Source of the DNA: a virus
Lineage: Duplodnaviria; Caudoviricetes
Virus record (IMG/VR): IMGVR_UViG_3300009095_000006
Coordinates: 1 to 39,624 of that record
Direction: 5' to 3' (one strand)
Length of the DNA: 39,624 nt
Made by a program: the position numbers and the translations under genes. Shown here one piece after another: positions 25,874 to 34,293 of this stretch. Within the stretch, counting starts at the first letter, position 1. The number at the start of each line of letters is the position of its first letter. The notes under the pieces were generated by a model. It ran no database searches. It worked only from the letters and a program-made list of their open reading frames with translations, and was not told where the DNA came from.

Positions 25874-28800
25874 TGCCCACCATGCGAGCGCCCGACGGGC
25901 GAACATACGAGGTTGCCGAGTCCGACGTTGCAGCGATGCAACGCGATCAGGGCTGGACGCTCGGCGCCTCGGCGCCGCCCGAGCCGGCGCGCACCGTCAG
26001 GCTAAAAAGCCGCGACGGGCGCCTGTATGAGGCATCGCCGGAAGAGGCCGCGACGCTGCAGCGCGACCAGGACATGGTGCTTGCGTCGCCCGAAGAGGTG
26101 GCGACTCGCGAGCATGAGCGGGAGCTCTACGGCAGATATGGCGGCGCGGGTCAACAGGCGCTCGGCCTCGCCGAGGCGTTCTACCGCAACGCTTCATTGG
26201 GCGCGATTCAGGGCCTGATCGGTGACGAGCAGGAGCAACGCGACCGCGCCAGCGTCACCCGGCAGGAGAGCCCTTTTCTCTACGGCGCCGCCAGCGCAGC
26301 GCCTGCCATTGCTGCCGGAATCGCCACGGGCGGCGCTGGGCTCGGTGTTGCCGGCACGATGGCTGCGGAGGGCGCTCTCGGGGGCCTGGCAGCGTTCGGC
26401 TCGGAGTCGGACGCAGCATTCATCGAAGACCGCGAGCTCTCGGCAGAGCAGGCATGGGGCGCCTTCGGGAAGGGCGCTTTGCTCGGCGCGGGCGCTGCCG
26501 GCGCCGTCATGGGCGCCGCACGCGCGCTGAATCCCGTGGACCGCGCGCTGCGCAACCGCTTCGCCGAGGCGGCGGGGCGCGCGGAGCGCCGCGCGGAGCG
26601 CTCGGCATTCCGGAGCGTCGGCATCGACGACCCGGTGCCAGGGCTCGCCGAGGCCGTCGTCAAGCCGGCAAAGGCTGCCGAAATGCGAGAGCGTGGGCGC
26701 GCCGCCGCGGTACAGGTCAAGGAAGAGTTCGGTGGCACGCTCGAGCGACTAGAGCAACTCGAGCTCGCTGCGCAGCGCTGGGCACCCGACGCGCGCATGG
26801 CCTCGGGCGACGCGGCGCTACAACGCGCCGCCATCCGCAAGGACCTCGACGCGCTCCGGAAAGACTTGGAGCCGATCGCGCGGCCCGAAGAAAAGGGAAT
26901 CGTCTCGCGAGCGTTCGAGCTCATCGATCGCTCGGAGTCGCCCGCCGATCTGTACGCCGCAGTGCAGATCAGCAAGCGCGCGTTCGCCGATGGCCTGGCT
27001 GGGGCCGGCGACGCAGCCACGGCGCGCGCACTCGAGCGAGGCGTGAAGCGACTCGATGAGCTCGAAGGCAACGAAGCCATCTTTGGCGCACCGGCACGCG
27101 AGAGCGCCGAACGCGCGCAAGCCCTGAGTGACCTCGCCGATGCTCGACAAATGCTGACCGACTATCTCGGCAGCCACAACTACCTCGAGGTCACCGGCAT
27201 GCGCGCCGGCAAAGACATAGACGACGCACTCGACACGTATGTCGATCGGCTCGGGCAGGTCATCTCGCTCAGCAAAGGAATGCCCGAGGCAAAAGAGGCC
27301 AAGAAGGCGTTTGCGCAGCTACAGAGCTTGCGCAAAGGACCACTGCGCGAGGTGGCGGCGCTGAACCAGGCTGATGCGATCAGCGCGCTGGACGCAGACG
27401 ACGTGCGCCCGCGAGCACCCTCTGGTACAGAGGCGATCGTCGACATTGCCGAGAACGCCGCCAAACTCGGCGCGGCCCCACAATATCAGGCATGGAAGGT
27501 CGCAAAGATGGCCTGGAAAGCGCGCAAGCTCGCAACCGCCGCACCCGAGCAGCGCGCCAAGATTGCCGGCGATCTAGCGCTCGATGCCGCGAGCCTAGTT
27601 GACCCGATCGTCGGCCCCGCGAAACTCGCATACAAGTATCGGCATCACGTTGCAGTGCTCGTTGAGGCGGCTCGTGAGGAAGTGGAGTCGGCCGCAAAGC
27701 AACTCGCGGGCACCGCAAAACGAGAGGGTGCAGTGCCGCTTGCGCGACGCTACGCAACTGAGGCCTTTGGCGAGAACAATGTGCGCAATGCAGAGCAGAT
27801 CGTTTCTCGCGCGCGCTCTCTTGCTGGCCAGCGCGGTTTCGTCGATATCAAAAAACGAAACCTTCGAAGTCGCCTCACACCAGACGACCGCCGCTCGATT
27901 GACAAGATCTTGCCCGAGAAGATGAGCGACGAACAGTTTGATCGGGTCATGGCGATGGATCGCTTCCCGGGAAAACTCGACGTCTACACCGAGTCAGACG
28001 AAAACACGGGCAAGCTGCTCGGCGTGCGCGCCGTGAATAACTTCACGTTCAATGGCGAGGGTGGCGTCATCTCTAGAGCATTCTTTAACCGCGGGAAACA
28101 GCGCGACGTAATACATGACGTTTTCGAGATGCCCGCCTCGACACAAGGCAGAGGCATCGGGAAACAGATCATAAACGACGCATTCGACGTCTACTCCGAC
28201 GTAGGCATCAGCAAGGCCACCGTGGAAAACGCGGTGGACGTTGGCAGATATCTATGGCCAAAGATGGGGTTTAGGCCAGCGCCAGAGGCCGAAAAACTAG
28301 CGATAAAAACATTCGGCGAGTGGATGCGCAAAGGCGGAGCGGACTTTCGCGCATCCGAGTTCAAGACCCTCAAAGACATTGCGCTCACCGACGAGGGCAA
28401 AGAATGGCTACTGAGCACGACCGGGCCCTGGAACAAGAACCTGGTCATCAAAATAGCGCCCAGCAAACAAGCCGGACACGTTGCACTCGATGATACACAC
28501 GGGGATTACTTCCGGCCTCTGACGGGCGATTGGAGCGAGCTGCGCGGGAAACTCGCTGCCCCGGGAGACGGCAGCAAACCGACGCGCGGTCGCGACTTCT
28601 CTCTTGTGGATATCGCGAAAAGCCCCATGGGCGTAGTCACTGGAGCCGGCGCCGTTGCATTCGGCGCCAGCGCTGCCGTGCGCGAATATCAGCAACACAG
28701 GCAAGCGATCGAAAAGCTCGAAAAGGAGCCTGGTTTACTCGCCGAAAAACTCGCCGCGGAACTCGGCAACATGCCCGCTGAGGCCCCCGAATTGGTGATG

Positions 28801-29292
28801 GATCTGAACGCCATTGGTATCTCCGCCGTGCGATTCCTAGCGAGCAAACTAGCGCCGTCTTACGGTTTCTCGCTCATGTATCCCGAGGGACCCCCGCCAT
28901 CGAGCGAGGACATCGTATCGACGCGCCTCTACATTCGCGGCGTCACGCAGCCGAGCGAGGTGGTCCAGGCCATTGCCGACGGAACGGCAATGCCGGAAGA
29001 GATTGAAGCATTCCGCGCGGTGTATCCCCGGCGCTTCGCGATGTTGCAGCGAGCAACGCACACCGAAGTGCAGCTCGCAAACCAAGAGGGCCGCGTGATT
29101 CCTGCGTCAAGAATCATGACCCTCGAAACCGTACTGGACATGCCCGGGCAGCTCGATCCAACATTCGGAGATGACGTCGCTGCCGTTGCGCAGTCAACCA
29201 ACGCGCAAAAGCGAGAGCAGCGTGCGGCATCATACGTTCCGCCGCCACGCGCGGGTCAACGAATCGCACCAACCGGAGAGCAAACCACATGA
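25873..29292 (+). CDS. Large internal virion / ejection protein 3 with embedded GNAT acetyltransferase domain
   Basis: 1139 aa; duplicated PDGRTYEV/RDGRLYEA N-terminal motif; G/A-rich hydrophobic segments; TQGRGIGKQII (aa 757-767) and VGRYLWPKMGF GNAT motifs. Confidence 0.7.
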   Translation: MPTMRAPDGRTYEVAESDVAAMQRDQGWTLGASAPPEPARTVRLKSRDGRLYEASPEEAATLQRDQDMVLASPEEVATREHERELYGRYGGAGQQALGLAEAFYRNASLGAIQGLIGDEQEQRDRASVTRQESPFLYGAASAAPAIAAGIATGGAGLGVAGTMAAEGALGGLAAFGSESDAAFIEDRELSAEQAWGAFGKGALLGAGAAGAVMGAARALNPVDRALRNRFAEAAGRAERRAERSAFRSVGIDDPVPGLAEAVVKPAKAAEMRERGRAAAVQVKEEFGGTLERLEQLELAAQRWAPDARMASGDAALQRAAIRKDLDALRKDLEPIARPEEKGIVSRAFELIDRSESPADLYAAVQISKRAFADGLAGAGDAATARALERGVKRLDELEGNEAIFGAPARESAERAQALSDLADARQMLTDYLGSHNYLEVTGMRAGKDIDDALDTYVDRLGQVISLSKGMPEAKEAKKAFAQLQSLRKGPLREVAALNQADAISALDADDVRPRAPSGTEAIVDIAENAAKLGAAPQYQAWKVAKMAWKARKLATAAPEQRAKIAGDLALDAASLVDPIVGPAKLAYKYRHHVAVLVEAAREEVESAAKQLAGTAKREGAVPLARRYATEAFGENNVRNAEQIVSRARSLAGQRGFVDIKKRNLRSRLTPDDRRSIDKILPEKMSDEQFDRVMAMDRFPGKLDVYTESDENTGKLLGVRAVNNFTFNGEGGVISRAFFNRGKQRDVIHDVFEMPASTQGRGIGKQIINDAFDVYSDVGISKATVENAVDVGRYLWPKMGFRPAPEAEKLAIKTFGEWMRKGGADFRASEFKTLKDIALTDEGKEWLLSTTGPWNKNLVIKIAPSKQAGHVALDDTHGDYFRPLTGDWSELRGKLAAPGDGSKPTRGRDFSLVDIAKSPMGVVTGAGAVAFGASAAVREYQQHRQAIEKLEKEPGLLAEKLAAELGNMPAEAPELVMDLNAIGISAVRFLASKLAPSYGFSLMYPEGPPPSSEDIVSTRLYIRGVTQPSEVVQAIADGTAMPEEIEAFRAVYPRRFAMLQRATHTEVQLANQEGRVIPASRIMTLETVLDMPGQLDPTFGDDVAAVAQSTNAQKREQRAASYVPPPRAGQRIAPTGEQTT

Positions 29293-29912
29293 AGGCCTTC
29301 CACCTCGGCGCCGCAAGCGGCGTGATCGCAACCGCCGCTCAGGCAAACGACGTGCTGTTTGCGTGGCGCAACGCTGCCGCCAACGTGCAGCACATCCAAC
29401 AGATCCGCGCCCGACTGAGCGCCGTTGCGCCGCCAACGGCTGACGGCGAGTTCGGCATCGCGCTGGCGCTCGCCACTTTCGGAGACGACTACACCGACGG
29501 GCAAAACCTCAGCGACCCAGCCACGGCCGCCAACTACGCCGTGCGCAATCGCAGCCTGGACAAGGCTCGTGTGCTCTCGTCGTCGTGGCGAGCCGTGAGC
29601 TCGCTGGCGAGCGGCAACGTGCGAATCGCCAACACGGCCGACCTCACCGCCGGCGCGACAGGCCCAACGATCGATGCTCACGCATTCGAGTCTCGCTTCG
29701 ACCGCTTCGAGGCGATCGCCACGGCCGTGCAATGCCCGGTGCTGGATCTCGCGTGGTGCAGTCCGGGTCTCGGTCGCAGTCACGACCGGAGCCCGGGGGA
29801 CGACTGCATTCCGCTCGAGACCAGTCGCGGATTCGTCATCCGGGCCCCACTCGCGCTACCCTCCGGCATGACCGTCCGCCTCACGGTCAGCGTCGACTGG
29901 CTGGAGACCTGA
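29289..29912 (+). CDS. Hypothetical, probably structural, beta-rich protein
   Basis: GGAG RBS; ATGA coupling; ends LTVSVDWLE. Confidence 0.6.
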   Translation: MKAFHLGAASGVIATAAQANDVLFAWRNAAANVQHIQQIRARLSAVAPPTADGEFGIALALATFGDDYTDGQNLSDPATAANYAVRNRSLDKARVLSSSWRAVSSLASGNVRIANTADLTAGATGPTIDAHAFESRFDRFEAIATAVQCPVLDLAWCSPGLGRSHDRSPGDDCIPLETSRGFVIRAPLALPSGMTVRLTVSVDWLET

Positions 29913-30431
29913 TTGCTCGGGCACAGGTAGCCCCGCCTCGATCATAGCCCTGCGTAGGTCACCACGCGGCTTACGCAGGCCCTCTACCAGCAGTCGATAT
30001 CGAACGTCCAGCGAGAGCTCAGGCGCCGCATTCTCTCGCTCCTGGTACTTCGGGTCGCCGCTCCAATTGGGATTCTGGCGCTCCAACAGCTGCAGAGCGA
30101 GCTTGTTGTCGCCGGCAAGCGCGGCGGCAACGACGCGCTCCGAGAGCGCAACCGCGAGCCTCTTGCGCGAACAGAGGAACCGCACTGCGAGCCGCCGCAT
30201 CATCGGCGGCCCGTCGTAGCGCATGCCCTCGTCGAGCCAATGCTCGAACAGATCAGGCGGGACGCCGCGCGATAGCGCGGCATCCGCCTTCAGCGCGCAC
30301 GCCATGCCTGCGGCCACGAGCTCGTCAATCAGCTCGTGCGTGAGCTCCGTGCGCCATGAGTCGAGCTCAACCGGAGCCAGCAGCTCGGCGCCAACCTCAT
30401 CAGTGGATGGCGCCGGCTTCTTCGGCGGCAC
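29856..30431 (-). CDS. Terminase small subunit-like HTH protein
   Basis: LTHELIDEL...DAALSRGVPPDLFEHWLDEG HTH and ALQLLERQNPNW motif; in the portal operon. Confidence 0.55.
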   Translation of the reverse strand: MPPKKPAPSTDEVGAELLAPVELDSWRTELTHELIDELVAAGMACALKADAALSRGVPPDLFEHWLDEGMRYDGPPMMRRLAVRFLCSRKRLAVALSERVVAAALAGDNKLALQLLERQNPNWSGDPKYQERENAAPELSLDVRYRLLVEGLRKPRGDLRRAMIEAGLPVPEQSGLQPVDADREADGHAGG

Positions 30432-31179
30432 GAATCGACTCCGGTTTCACCATCGAGAACACGACGTGCCTCCAATGCACGAGGCTGTATTGCTGACCGC
30501 CGATCACGACGCTAATCGCTGACACGCTCGAGTCGTACAACACGAGCCCGCCAACGAGCTCTTTCCGTGGCTCCTGCCACATGCCATCCACGACCGCGCC
30601 GGGGCCCACGGCAACCACCTCTTCGATCACAGTCTTGTTTTTGGGCTCCCGCTTTCTCTGGTTACCGAGCCTGTCGTACTCGGGTTCCGCCTCTACGCCA
30701 CCCGACAGCTGCGCGTCGCCATAGGGCGCGATGATGCGCGATTCTCCCATAATAATCCGCTGCGCGAGCTTTTCGTTGGGTCGACACAGCAGGTAGCACT
30801 GCAACGGCTGCAGACTGAGCGTCTTTGCCTCTTCGTTGACGTCGATTCTGGCCATGATGTTTTCCCAGGGAAATACCCTGATGTCTTCGCCGAACACCAG
30901 CAGGTCCTGTTGCTGATGAAACAGATTGGCGACCACGTAGTCACCTGCACGGATGCGGCACTCGTTCAGCGTGCCGCGACTCACGTTGCCAGGTCCGCAA
31001 CACTTGACGCGGAGGATGACCGTTCGATCGCGACGTCCGATCGTTGCGTCGGGCGTGTGGATCGTCACGTCACCCGAGAATTGTGCGGCACGACCCGAGC
31101 CGAATATCGACTCCCATTGGATGATGTTCGCCGCGACGGCGTTATGTTCGGCGTACAGAAGCCAGTTCAGATCGCTCAT
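30400..31179 (-). CDS. Tandem double-domain GroES/Cpn10-like co-chaperonin
   Basis: Domain 1: VKCCGPG...IRAGDYVV...FGEDIRVFPWENIMARI. Domain 2: LQPLQCYLLC...EVVAVGPG...VGGLVLY...IGGQQYSLVHWRHVV. Confidence 0.75.
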   Translation of the reverse strand: MSDLNWLLYAEHNAVAANIIQWESIFGSGRAAQFSGDVTIHTPDATIGRRDRTVILRVKCCGPGNVSRGTLNECRIRAGDYVVANLFHQQQDLLVFGEDIRVFPWENIMARIDVNEEAKTLSLQPLQCYLLCRPNEKLAQRIIMGESRIIAPYGDAQLSGGVEAEPEYDRLGNQRKREPKNKTVIEEVVAVGPGAVVDGMWQEPRKELVGGLVLYDSSVSAISVVIGGQQYSLVHWRHVVFSMVKPESIRAAEEAGAIH

Positions 31180-32345
31180 ACCGGCCTCAACCTTCCCGAG
31201 CGGTAATCCCTCTCGATGCTCGCAATGAGCTCCTCTTCCGTGAGGTCACGCTTCTCCCATTCCTCACCAGTCGGCGTGCGAGGGTCGCTCGCTCGGGTTC
31301 GAGGAGGCGGCTCGGCAGCGCGCTGCCTTGGCGCCGGCAGCTGCTTGCCGCGCGTAAAGTGACGCGCTTCTTGTCGGCGCTCCTCCACGATCTGCTCGGC
31401 GGCATCCTCGAAACTCAGGGTGTACTCCTGCAGGTCCGCATCCCATGATTCGCGCACGGCCTCGAGTACCAGCCTTTCGTAGCCTTTGAGCTTGGCGATC
31501 GGATGCTGCGCGAGCTCCTCACGCACGGCATTCACCGCGCGCTGGTACTGCTGCTGGCGTTGCTGCTCAGGCGTCTGCTCTGGCTCTTTTTGCCGACTCT
31601 GCAGCTCGCTTCGCAGCTCTTGGATCTGCTTCCTGAGCTGCTTGACCTCGGGCGAAAGGGCCGTCTCGCCCTTGATTACTTTACGGGTCGACTCGTCGTA
31701 GCTGTCTCCCGTGATCTGCTCGATGAGCTCGACGAATTGCGCGTAATTCCCCTCCCGGTACGCCGCGGCCGCGACAATCGCTGGACCGTAATCGCTCTTG
31801 GCCTTTTCGAGCCTGTGGTTGAACTCTGTCTCACGCTGAATCACAGCCCGAGTGCGCTCACGAAGCGCCTCGGTCTTTTCTCGAAAGGCGATCCACTTGG
31901 CGTCCGAGACTTTGAGGAACGACTCCGGCTTGCCAATGGCGGCCGCAATCTTCTTCGGGTCGCCGCTCTCGAGCGCCTTCGCGATCGCGTCGACTGCGGC
32001 TTGCGCGCTCTTGTACTTCGGAGCCTTTGCCTTCGGCTCCGGACCTTTCTTGTCTTTGCCCTTGGGTTCTTCGGACTCTTTCGATTCCTCGGGTTCCTCG
32101 GACTCTTCCGATTCCTCGGGTTCTTCGGACTCTTCCGAGTCCTCGGTCCTCTCTTGCTTTGCGAAGTGCTCGCGCCGAAGGTCCTCGATTATCTGGGTGT
32201 CTTCGTCAACCGAGGTGGACGGAACCGGCGCCGCATTGCTCGGCTGCGATGTTGCATCCTGTGCGACGGGCGCCGGGGGTGTCCCTGTGTTGCCGGGACT
32301 CGCGCCGTTTACTGCCATGCGTGGTAGATAGCTGCTATCTGCCAC
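31176..32345 (-). CDS. Probable capsid scaffolding protein
   Basis: Directly downstream of portal; disordered N-terminus, acidic EEPEES repeats, coiled coils, short C-terminal helix. Confidence 0.6.
   Translation of the reverse strand: MADSSYLPRMAVNGASPGNTGTPPAPVAQDATSQPSNAAPVPSTSVDEDTQIIEDLRREHFAKQERTEDSEESEEPEESEESEEPEESKESEEPKGKDKKGPEPKAKAPKYKSAQAAVDAIAKALESGDPKKIAAAIGKPESFLKVSDAKWIAFREKTEALRERTRAVIQRETEFNHRLEKAKSDYGPAIVAAAAYREGNYAQFVELIEQITGDSYDESTRKVIKGETALSPEVKQLRKQIQELRSELQSRQKEPEQTPEQQRQQQYQRAVNAVREELAQHPIAKLKGYERLVLEAVRESWDADLQEYTLSFEDAAEQIVEERRQEARHFTRGKQLPAPRQRAAEPPPRTRASDPRTPTGEEWEKRDLTEEELIASIERDYRSGRLRPV
32060..32146 (-). repeat. 9/18/27-bp periodic repeat encoding EEPEES
   Basis: Repeated ttcctcgggtt / cggactctt units. 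Confidence 0.8.
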
Positions 32346-32357
32346 GGGCGCAAGCGC

Positions 32358-34271
32358 TCATGCCGGCAATGTCGGCGCTTGCGCGGCTCCGAGCAGCTCG
32401 GTTGCGTTGCGCCCGCCACTCGCGGCGCCTTCTAGCGCCGCCTTTGCGGCCAGCTGCCGCTTTAGCAGCTGGTCGCTGATGGTGATCCAGCGACGGAAGT
32501 AAAGCTCGCGCGCCGAGTCAAACTTCGGCGTCATCAACACTTTCGTGTAGGCGCCGAGAACTTGCGCGATTGAATCGCCATGATCGAACCATGGCAGCGG
32601 CGTTGTATCACGAATGTCCTCCACGTCATCGTGCATCCACGAGTCGATCAGCGACTCGATGAGCTCGTACTGAGCGTTTTCGCGCTTGGTTTCTCGCGGC
32701 ACGTCCGCCGTGCGCAAGATGCGGTTGTACGCCTGGGGACTCAGCTGCTGGCGCGCCAACATCTCATCCGCAAGCTGGATTCTGTCTGCTGGCGTGTCGC
32801 GTGTCTCAGAAACGGGCATCACATCAAAGACGAAGTGCTTGTTTCCGAGGTCACAGATAGACGCCTTGACCTTTTTGAAAAAGCTGCCGCCTTTCCAATT
32901 CACCGAGAAGTCTGGATTGTCTTCGGCGAGCTGTTTCACGGCTTTAATGTGGAGCTTGCCGAGTCCACTAGTCTTGAAGCGCGTGAAGTCTTCCTGAATG
33001 ATCGAGAATAACTCGGTGAACATATCGTTCACCGTGCGAATCGCGGCGGCTGCGACAATCCCCGGGTCTTTGCGCGCCTGCATCTGAGCCTGGCTGATGC
33101 CCAAAGTCTCGTGAAACGCGCGAATGTGGAACTCCAGGAGATCGATGACAGAGCGGTCGTAGAGAGTCGGCGTGATGTACTGCGGATCGACGCCGGGAAC
33201 CTCGCTGTTAAACCCGATCTGCATGACCTCGCCGATGTTTTTCATCAACTCGGAAGGCGTTCGCTTGATGTCGTAGACCAGCAGGTTTTTCGGGAGCAAA
33301 ACCTCTGCCCTGTCCAGCTTGCCCACGATCGCGTTGATGCGCTCGGCGATACGCATGCCTCGCTCGAGAACGGGAATCCCCCAAAAACCAGCCAAAGAAC
33401 GCCGCGCGTGCAAGAAGGCATAGTCGGGCTCAGTGTCATCATACTTCCGATCGTCGAGTGTCCCGGTCCTAATTGCAAAAAGCTTGCGTCCGGGCTCCTT
33501 TCCGTAGCGCACGCGCAGCCCGGTCACGAGCTTGACCATGTATCGTGTTTTGGAGCCATCGCCAGGCTCGGCGCCGCCTCGTTCATACGGCAACGGCTCG
33601 CGCGCTTGCCAGATTAGCTCCCTATGCTTCGGGAACGCAGCCATCAATCGATACGGATCGAACCACGTCTCTTCCCCATACGTCAGCGGATTGGAATAAC
33701 TGCACTCGAATGCGTCGATCCACATATCGAGCGTATCACACAGCTCGCACGTTAGCTTGGCCTCGCCGGGCAGAGAAACCACGCGCGCCGCGATGCTGCC
33801 GGTCACGCCAGCCGCGATGCGGAACGCCGCGCGTCCGAGGTCATGCACGCTGCTGTACATGCCTTGCTGCTCTTTATAGAGGCCCTCGAGCAGCCTCGTC
33901 GTCCAAACCGCGCGCCGCTCGTCATCCCAATCACCATCAGTCACCATCACGAACGGCTTGTCGTCGCTACCAGCGACCTTCGGCGTGAGCGTATCGAGCG
34001 CCGCAGCTGGGTAATTCCAGATCAGCGGCGATCGCTTGTCGCCAAGCGCAATCTGAGCGAGCCCGGAGCTGCGCGCACCGTATCCCCATGCTCCGAATCC
34101 TCCGAGTCCGATACCTTCGAGCAGCGAGGCGTTATACGCAGCGCGATTCCTGCGGCCCTGGTTGTCGTGCGCCGCGGCTTCGGCGAGGTTCATCAGGCTT
34201 TTGCCCGCGTCGTCGCCGCTCTGGGTCCACCAGGCATGGCACGACGGGTCGACGTAGTCTGTTTCCGGCAT
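32358..34271 (-). CDS. Portal protein (podovirus type), 637 aa
   Basis: Size; GFWGIPVLE, ETLGISQAQMQARKDPGIVAAAAIR and TPADRIQ motifs; position next to TerL and scaffold; ATG at 34271. Confidence 0.75.
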   Translation of the reverse strand: MPETDYVDPSCHAWWTQSGDDAGKSLMNLAEAAAHDNQGRRNRAAYNASLLEGIGLGGFGAWGYGARSSGLAQIALGDKRSPLIWNYPAAALDTLTPKVAGSDDKPFVMVTDGDWDDERRAVWTTRLLEGLYKEQQGMYSSVHDLGRAAFRIAAGVTGSIAARVVSLPGEAKLTCELCDTLDMWIDAFECSYSNPLTYGEETWFDPYRLMAAFPKHRELIWQAREPLPYERGGAEPGDGSKTRYMVKLVTGLRVRYGKEPGRKLFAIRTGTLDDRKYDDTEPDYAFLHARRSLAGFWGIPVLERGMRIAERINAIVGKLDRAEVLLPKNLLVYDIKRTPSELMKNIGEVMQIGFNSEVPGVDPQYITPTLYDRSVIDLLEFHIRAFHETLGISQAQMQARKDPGIVAAAAIRTVNDMFTELFSIIQEDFTRFKTSGLGKLHIKAVKQLAEDNPDFSVNWKGGSFFKKVKASICDLGNKHFVFDVMPVSETRDTPADRIQLADEMLARQQLSPQAYNRILRTADVPRETKRENAQYELIESLIDSWMHDDVEDIRDTTPLPWFDHGDSIAQVLGAYTKVLMTPKFDSARELYFRRWITISDQLLKRQLAAKAALEGAASGGRNATELLGAAQAPTLPA

Positions 34272-34293
34272 GGTGGCATCGTAGCACGGTGCA

